Shown here one piece after another: positions 28,257 through 32,502 of a stretch of DNA of 32,502 nt; position 1 is the stretch's first letter; each line of letters starts with the position of its first letter. Both the position numbers and the translations under genes were made by a program. Origin of the DNA: a virus (taxonomy: Duplodnaviria; Heunggongvirae; Uroviricota; Caudoviricetes); the IMG/VR virus record IMGVR_UViG_2636415833_000004. The stretch is one strand, 5' to 3'. The notes under the pieces are model-generated. The model had not been told where the DNA came from. It saw nothing but the letters and a program-made list of their open reading frames with translations, and ran no database searches.

Positions 28257-28472
28257 TTAGATTCCGTATGGTGAAGAGGGAAGAGATGGACGGCTCAGCG
28301 CATTAGTAAGACGACGGCGCATGGATTGTATAAATGCAACAACATCAGGATCTGTTGATGCCAGTGTTAATTCGCCTGCGTTACGCGTTTTTATAGTCAT
28401 TCCGCGCTCTTCAAGCTCCGGTAAAAATGAATGCAATACAAAACTGTATTCATCCCGTTTAGTCATAGACAT
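28257..28472 (-). CDS. hypothetical protein
   Basis: 71 aa, ATG start, within the early operon. Confidence 0.4.
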   Translation of the reverse strand: MSMTKRDEYSFVLHSFLPELEERGMTIKTRNAGELTLASTDPDVVAFIQSMRRRLTNALSRPSLPSSPYGI

Positions 28473-28549
28473 ATAATTACCCGTTTTTAGGTTGAAAGAA
28501 TCCGCACCACTTTTTAAAGTGATGTGTGATATTTAATAAATTCAGTTAA

Positions 28550-28780
28550 TTAAAAATAGCGTTTAATTAATTTAATCAATGCGGCTATTACGCCCCTGTT
28601 TATTTTTTGCGTATATACAAAAGGCCTGTTTCTGCCCTTAATAAACTGAACTTTTGCCGGTTCAGGCTTAAAATAACGCCCGTCCGGTGTTTCAATCCAG
28701 CCGCGCGTCGATTTGCAATGTGTGACCTGGCAACCGTTACGTAATAGACTGGCGAATGAAGGAATTTGTTGTTCACTCAT
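28550..28780 (-). CDS. hypothetical protein
   Basis: Track start 28831 is TTG; ATG at 28780 forms ATGA overlap with upstream ORF stop. Confidence 0.35.
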   Translation of the reverse strand: MSEQQIPSFASLLRNGCQVTHCKSTRGWIETPDGRYFKPEPAKVQFIKGRNRPFVYTQKINRGVIAALIKLIKRYF

Positions 28781-28998
28781 AAAAGACACTCTGAAAGGGA
28801 AACGACGCCAAATATTAGCAACCAGCCACAAAATACATCTAAAAATAATGGTGCCGCCGCTTCAATATCCCTGTGTAATGCGTCAATAAAACGGATTCTG
28901 TTGCTACTGTTTTTTAATCTTCCGTAGGACCAAACAACAACGGCCCCCAAAATAAAAACCGCAACATTAAATATCCCCGAAAAAAAATATTGGCTCAT
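28777..28998 (-). CDS. hypothetical small membrane protein (two predicted TM helices)
   Basis: 73 aa, ATG start, two hydrophobic segments. Confidence 0.4.
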   Translation of the reverse strand: MSQYFFSGIFNVAVFILGAVVVWSYGRLKNSSNRIRFIDALHRDIEAAAPLFLDVFCGWLLIFGVVSLSECLL

Positions 28999-29009
28999 TG
29001 CGCACCCGT

Positions 29010-29246
29010 TTATCTGCCAGTAATGGCAAGCTTTAGATCAGCGATCAGGCGGTCCAGTTGGTGGCGTCCGTCATCGTTCAGTGCGTCAATGCCGTAATCA
29101 AACGCGGCCAGAATTGCCATTTCCATTTCGCGGGATTCGATCGCGACGGGCAGTCGCTTACCCGGTTGCACATATACCGGCACGTCGTACCCTTCATAAA
29201 ACGGATCGACTTCCCGCGCCTTTTCTGTGTTAAGTGGATTAAACAT
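29010..29246 (-). CDS. hypothetical early protein
   Basis: Track start 29258 is TTG; ATG at 29246 with strong GAGAGG Shine-Dalgarno 4-5 nt upstream. Confidence 0.45.
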   Translation of the reverse strand: MFNPLNTEKAREVDPFYEGYDVPVYVQPGKRLPVAIESREMEMAILAAFDYGIDALNDDGRHQLDRLIADLKLAITGR

Positions 29247-29254
29247 TTTTCCTC

Positions 29255-29674
29255 TCAATTAAACGCTGTCGTTTTTGTCAGGCTGGCTTCGGCAGTCATA
29301 AAAGCTCTGGCATACCATGCAACCATATTGATTTGTCTTAGTTCGCGACGATTTGGATCGACACGCGGCACTAATGGCAGATAGCCGCGCTCAGCATCGC
29401 TTTGAACCTTACGCAAAGACTGTCCGAAGAATTCGGAAAATTCCTGCACTGTTAAAACCGGTTTAATGCCACTACTAAGGATATGTTTCAGTGCGCGGTC
29501 AATTGCCATTAGTTCACGTTCAGAACGACTATCAGGGGATCGCCGAGCGCGGCGCTGATGATTGCTTTGAGTCTGTTCGGGTAAAAACGCGCCTTGTGCC
29601 AGTTCAACGACCGGGTAGTAACCAGGATCAGCCTCCTGATGTGCGGGTAAAGCTCTGTTTTGCTCTGGTGTCAT
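29255..29674 (-). CDS. Cox/Apl-like HTH early regulator (putative excisionase/switch protein)
   Basis: First gene of early operon, divergent from C; ATG 29674 with AGGA upstream; C-terminal LTVQEFSEFFGQSLRKVQSDAERGYLPLV resembles P2 Cox (IPYQEFAKLIGKSTGAVRRMIDKGKLPVI); an internal ATG at 29509 would give a Cox-sized 84-aa product. Confidence 0.55.
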   Translation of the reverse strand: MTPEQNRALPAHQEADPGYYPVVELAQGAFLPEQTQSNHQRRARRSPDSRSERELMAIDRALKHILSSGIKPVLTVQEFSEFFGQSLRKVQSDAERGYLPLVPRVDPNRRELRQINMVAWYARAFMTAEASLTKTTAFN

Positions 29675-29771
29675 TTGATATCCTGTCTGTTTAGATTGGT
29701 TTCGCTTGTCTTCAAGTAGTCTAATTAGACTGCATGAAGGGAAATTTAATGTCTAATTGGACTACTGTCAA
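29675..29771. promoter_or_regulatory. immunity switch region: candidate early promoter with operator repeats
   Basis: Minus strand TTGACA (29771..29766), 17-bp spacer, TAAATT (29748..29743); 13-bp direct repeats GTCTAATTAGACT (29719..29731) and GTCTAATTGGACT (29751..29763), the first within a perfect 14-bp palindrome AGTCTAATTAGACT (29718..29731). Confidence 0.55.
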
Positions 29772-30032
29772 ATGAAACTTGGTGAAAAATTAAAAGCGAT
29801 TAGAGCAGCCGAAGGTCTTAGTCAGAATGAGTTTTGCGAATTTATTGACTTATCTATAAATACGCTTAGGAAATATGAAACGGGGGGGTATGAACCTGGT
29901 GGTAGTGCTTTGGTTAAAATCGCCCAACACCCGCGCTTTCAAAAATACACGCTATGGCTGATGTCTGACATCACCGCACCAGAAGCAGGTCAGATAGCAC
30001 CAGTTACCAAAGAAGAGAAAAAGACCGGTTAA
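29757..30032 (+). CDS. C: P2 C-type immunity repressor (HTH); likely true start ATG at 29772
   Basis: C-terminal HPRFQKYTLWLMSDITAPEAGQIAPV matches remembered P2 C (TPQFTKYTLWFMTNQIAPESGQIAPA); track start 29757 is TTG, ATG at 29772. Confidence 0.75.
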   Translation: MDYCQMKLGEKLKAIRAAEGLSQNEFCEFIDLSINTLRKYETGGYEPGGSALVKIAQHPRFQKYTLWLMSDITAPEAGQIAPVTKEEKKTG

Positions 30033-30074
30033 TCACCGCCCGCACTGCGGGCGAATAATACATAAGGAAAATGT

Positions 30075-30524
30075 ATGTCAAAAGATAATGATACATTTAT
30101 ACCCCCAATACGCCCACCTCGTAATTCCCGCTATGAAGAACCATCACCAGAACTTATGAAAAGGCTACAACAAGTTACCCCTGAATTATTCGCTGAATTT
30201 TTGATGTCAAAAAACGCCGCTCAGTTCTGCATATCATGTGGATTTACTAAATTAACAATGTCCGAAAACGGAGTTTATAACGGTGCAAAGACTCCCGAAA
30301 ACTATGACTCTTTATCGCAAATCGATCAGGAGAAATTCGCAGCTGATAATACTCTCTGGTATGTAACGCCCGTGTTTGTGAATACTCATACAAAAATAAG
30401 ATTAGCCGATGTCGAATATAAAATTAATTGCCCAAACTGCGGGCATATCAGCATTTATCGCGCCCGCCCGGTCGTCGCATGGATAGAAGAGAATCGCAAG
30501 GAATGCAAAAATGAGTCAGACTAA
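30075..30524 (+). CDS. hypothetical zinc-ribbon protein (two CxxC pairs)
   Basis: 149 aa, ATG with AAGGAAA SD; Cys52/Cys55 (CISC) and Cys119/Cys122 (CPNC); inserted between the two C-type repressor genes. Confidence 0.55.
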   Translation: MSKDNDTFIPPIRPPRNSRYEEPSPELMKRLQQVTPELFAEFLMSKNAAQFCISCGFTKLTMSENGVYNGAKTPENYDSLSQIDQEKFAADNTLWYVTPVFVNTHTKIRLADVEYKINCPNCGHISIYRARPVVAWIEENRKECKNESD

Positions 30525-30945
30525 GGATAATGTTCATCATATAAGAGAACGTCAGGTACCCATAAATAATGAGTCCACAAACAGTAGTGACGACGGAGGC
30601 AACGGCATGAACAGCCTAATAAAACGCGTTGAAAAACTGGAAGACAATACCGGTGTAATTGTTAAAGAACTTACCCATCTCAACGCGCGCGCTGATGACT
30701 TCGCCTCAAAGGGCGATCTGCGTGAACTCAAGGCGCAGATAACTGGGGATATGAAAGAACTCCGTGCGCAGATGACCGGAGATATGCGCGAGCTTAAGGC
30801 ACAGATTAGCGGCGAACTCAAAGAGTCCAGGTCCGCAACCAGGGAAGATCTTGCAAAGGGATTACATAAGCAAATGATATGGCTATGCTCTGCCCTTTTC
30901 GCTACAGCAGGAGTCATAATCGCTTTGGTAAAAGATCTGTTCTAA
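30511..30945 (+). CDS. hypothetical coiled-coil protein with 11-residue repeats and C-terminal transmembrane anchor
   Basis: 144 aa; repeats GDLRELKAQIT / GDMKELRAQMT / GDMRELKAQIS; hydrophobic C-terminal helix MIWLCSALFATAGVIIALV; overlaps upstream gene by 14 nt. Confidence 0.55.
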   Translation: MSQTKDNVHHIRERQVPINNESTNSSDDGGNGMNSLIKRVEKLEDNTGVIVKELTHLNARADDFASKGDLRELKAQITGDMKELRAQMTGDMRELKAQISGELKESRSATREDLAKGLHKQMIWLCSALFATAGVIIALVKDLF

Positions 30946-31059
30946 TTGTGCGATATATTACTTTTTAATAAATTACACAAAAAATATACAACATATATTT
31001 TATATTGATTGATAATTACCATTTATTACATACATGAATTACTGATAAGCAGTTTTGGC

Positions 31060-31090
31060 TAAAATTTGTTCGTGTGCGAACAATACATTT
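31060..31090. promoter_or_regulatory. operator-like inverted repeat upstream of second C-type repressor
   Basis: TTGTTCG-tgtg-CGAACAA inverted repeat at about 31066..31083 in an AT-rich intergenic region; coordinates approximate to +/-2. Confidence 0.3.
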
Positions 31091-31126
31091 GCGCCCTGAA
31101 TGCCAATAATAGCAATCGAGGTGTAT

Positions 31127-31405
31127 ATGTCCTTGCGTAACCGCTTATTCTTGATAATTAATGCTGAAAATCTCACTATCTGCGAATTCGCGATATTTTG
31201 TGATATTTCGAAGAAGACACTGTATCAATTCAGGCAGCAAATAATAATGACGCTGCCTGATATTGATTTATTGAAGATCACCCGAAACCCCAGATTCAAT
31301 AAATATACGTTATGGATGATGACAAATAAGACCGCAGCATCATCCGGGCAAATCGATCCGGCGCTTTTCCCTCTTCGCTCGCCAAAACAATCTATTAACC
31401 AATAA
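31127..31405 (+). CDS. second P2 C-type repressor paralog, immediately upstream of int
   Basis: ATG 31127 with GAGGTG SD (track start 31100 is an upstream ATG); NPRFNKYTLWMMTNKTAASSGQIDPA aligns with the first C-like protein and P2 C. Confidence 0.6.
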   Translation: MSLRNRLFLIINAENLTICEFAIFCDISKKTLYQFRQQIIMTLPDIDLLKITRNPRFNKYTLWMMTNKTAASSGQIDPALFPLRSPKQSINQ

Positions 31406-31509
31406 CCCGAACTGGCAACAAATTGAACAGTTATATATTGCTGCCCGTGTTACCCAGTTCAGTTCGTCAGCAAATGACGACCAGCATTCACAGCCGGAGA
31501 AAATGACAA

Positions 31510-32502
31510 ATGACCATTACTAAAAAGGACAACGGAAAATACATGGTTGATGTTCGGCCTGCGGGGCGTTCCGGGAAGCGCGTCAGGCGTTCATTCTCCA
31601 CTAAATCAGAGGCTGTCACCTTTGAACGCTGGATAATAGCCAGTGCTAATAATAAAGAATGGCTGGAAAAACCAGCTGATCGGCGTCGGTTATCTGAACT
31701 GATCGAATTGTGGTGGAAGAACCACGGGCAAACGCTCACCGACTGCAAAAACCGGTTATGGATTTTGAATGCCTCATGCGCGCGCTTAAATAATCCACGT
31801 ATAACCCAACTCACCGCCCAGCTTTTTGCAGAGTACCGAACAAAACGGCGGGCAGAAGGGATCGCGCCAAAAACGTTAAATAATGAACAACGATACTTGA
31901 AGTCAGTGTTCAGTAAATTGAAAGAACTGGATCTATTCTGGGATAACAACCCAATGACTGGACTCGCAGAACTGAAACTGACCGAATCAGAACAGGGATA
32001 TTTTACTGACGAACAGATTAGAACGGTTCTGACAGAGTTAACAGGCGACAACAAGCTGATAGCCAAACTTTGTCTGTCCACCGGTGCACGATGGAGTGAA
32101 GGTGCAAAATTAACCAGGCAGAGACTGGTTAACGGCATGGTGACATTTACAAAAACCAAAAATGGCAAATCACGTTCAGTTCCTATCGGTAAGGAACTGG
32201 AAATGGAGTTAATGCAGAGGATTGAAGTACACGACAAACAACTGATTTTCCCGGATGCGAGCTATCAGACTGCACGAAAAGTTATTAAAGGCGCTGTTCC
32301 TGATCTACCTGACGGACAGGCAACTCACGCTTTCAGGCACACTTTCGCCTCTCATTTCATGGCAAACGGAGGAAACATATTGGTACTTCAACGAGTCCTG
32401 GGCCATCACAAAATCCAACAAACGATGACGTATGCCCACTTTGCCCCTGATCATTTGTTTGATGCGGTGACATTAAACCCATTAGCTACGATGAAAATAT
32501 AA
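31510..32502 (+). CDS. int: tyrosine integrase, P2 Int-like
   Basis: 330 aa; C-terminal catalytic region HAFRHTFASHF ... LGHHKIQQTMTYAHF (His-x-x-Arg and Tyr); directly downstream of C-type repressor as in P2. Confidence 0.85.
   Translation: MTITKKDNGKYMVDVRPAGRSGKRVRRSFSTKSEAVTFERWIIASANNKEWLEKPADRRRLSELIELWWKNHGQTLTDCKNRLWILNASCARLNNPRITQLTAQLFAEYRTKRRAEGIAPKTLNNEQRYLKSVFSKLKELDLFWDNNPMTGLAELKLTESEQGYFTDEQIRTVLTELTGDNKLIAKLCLSTGARWSEGAKLTRQRLVNGMVTFTKTKNGKSRSVPIGKELEMELMQRIEVHDKQLIFPDASYQTARKVIKGAVPDLPDGQATHAFRHTFASHFMANGGNILVLQRVLGHHKIQQTMTYAHFAPDHLFDAVTLNPLATMKI

Larger units (their letters stand above)
453..32502. mobile_element. P2-family prophage with a non-P2-ordered contractile tail module; integrase end at right window edge, left boundary uncertain (may include 1..452)
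   Basis: Contiguous set of int, C, cox-like, A, Q, P, O, N, M, L, tail and lysis genes with P2-like synteny for the head/replication/immunity modules; att sites not visible. Confidence 0.8.

Noticed and set aside
1-32502. tRNA, rRNA, transposase or IS elements
   Set aside because: No cloverleaf-compatible segments or transposase-like ORFs noticed by eye; a tRNA scan would be needed to exclude a tRNA at the unresolved left boundary

Overview
The window is almost entirely one P2-family (Peduovirus-like) prophage, about 31.5 kb, with its integrase end at the right edge. All calls rest on reading the ORF translations and sequence by eye; family assignments are from memory of P2 proteins and no database search was run. 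Right to left: tyrosine integrase (31510..32502), two paralogous P2 C-type repressors (29757..30032 and 31127..31405) flanking a two-gene cargo insert, a divergent Cox-like early operon on the minus strand with a DnaQ-like exonuclease and a Dam methyltransferase, replication initiator A (23322..25886), a visibly AT-rich single-gene cargo (21829..23151) in the A-to-Q interval, an Ogr/Delta-like zinc-finger activator directly after portal Q, terminase P and Q on the plus strand, and a divergent minus-strand late operon (O, N, M, L, R-like, S-like, sheath, tube, holin, M15 endolysin, tail chaperone with a -1 frameshift signature, tape measure, baseplate and fibre genes, four poorly characterised genes). 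The tail module is not in P2 order. The best candidate for an undescribed system is the 440-aa coiled-coil plus two-transmembrane-helix protein at 21829..23151, sitting where P2 carries tin/old; the second is the zinc-ribbon plus membrane-anchored coiled-coil pair at 30075..30945. The ORF track uses TTG/GTG starts, so several N-termini were trimmed to the first ATG with a Shine-Dalgarno or ATGA coupling. No tRNA, rRNA, CRISPR, transposase or cos site was identified, and the left boundary (1..950) is unresolved.
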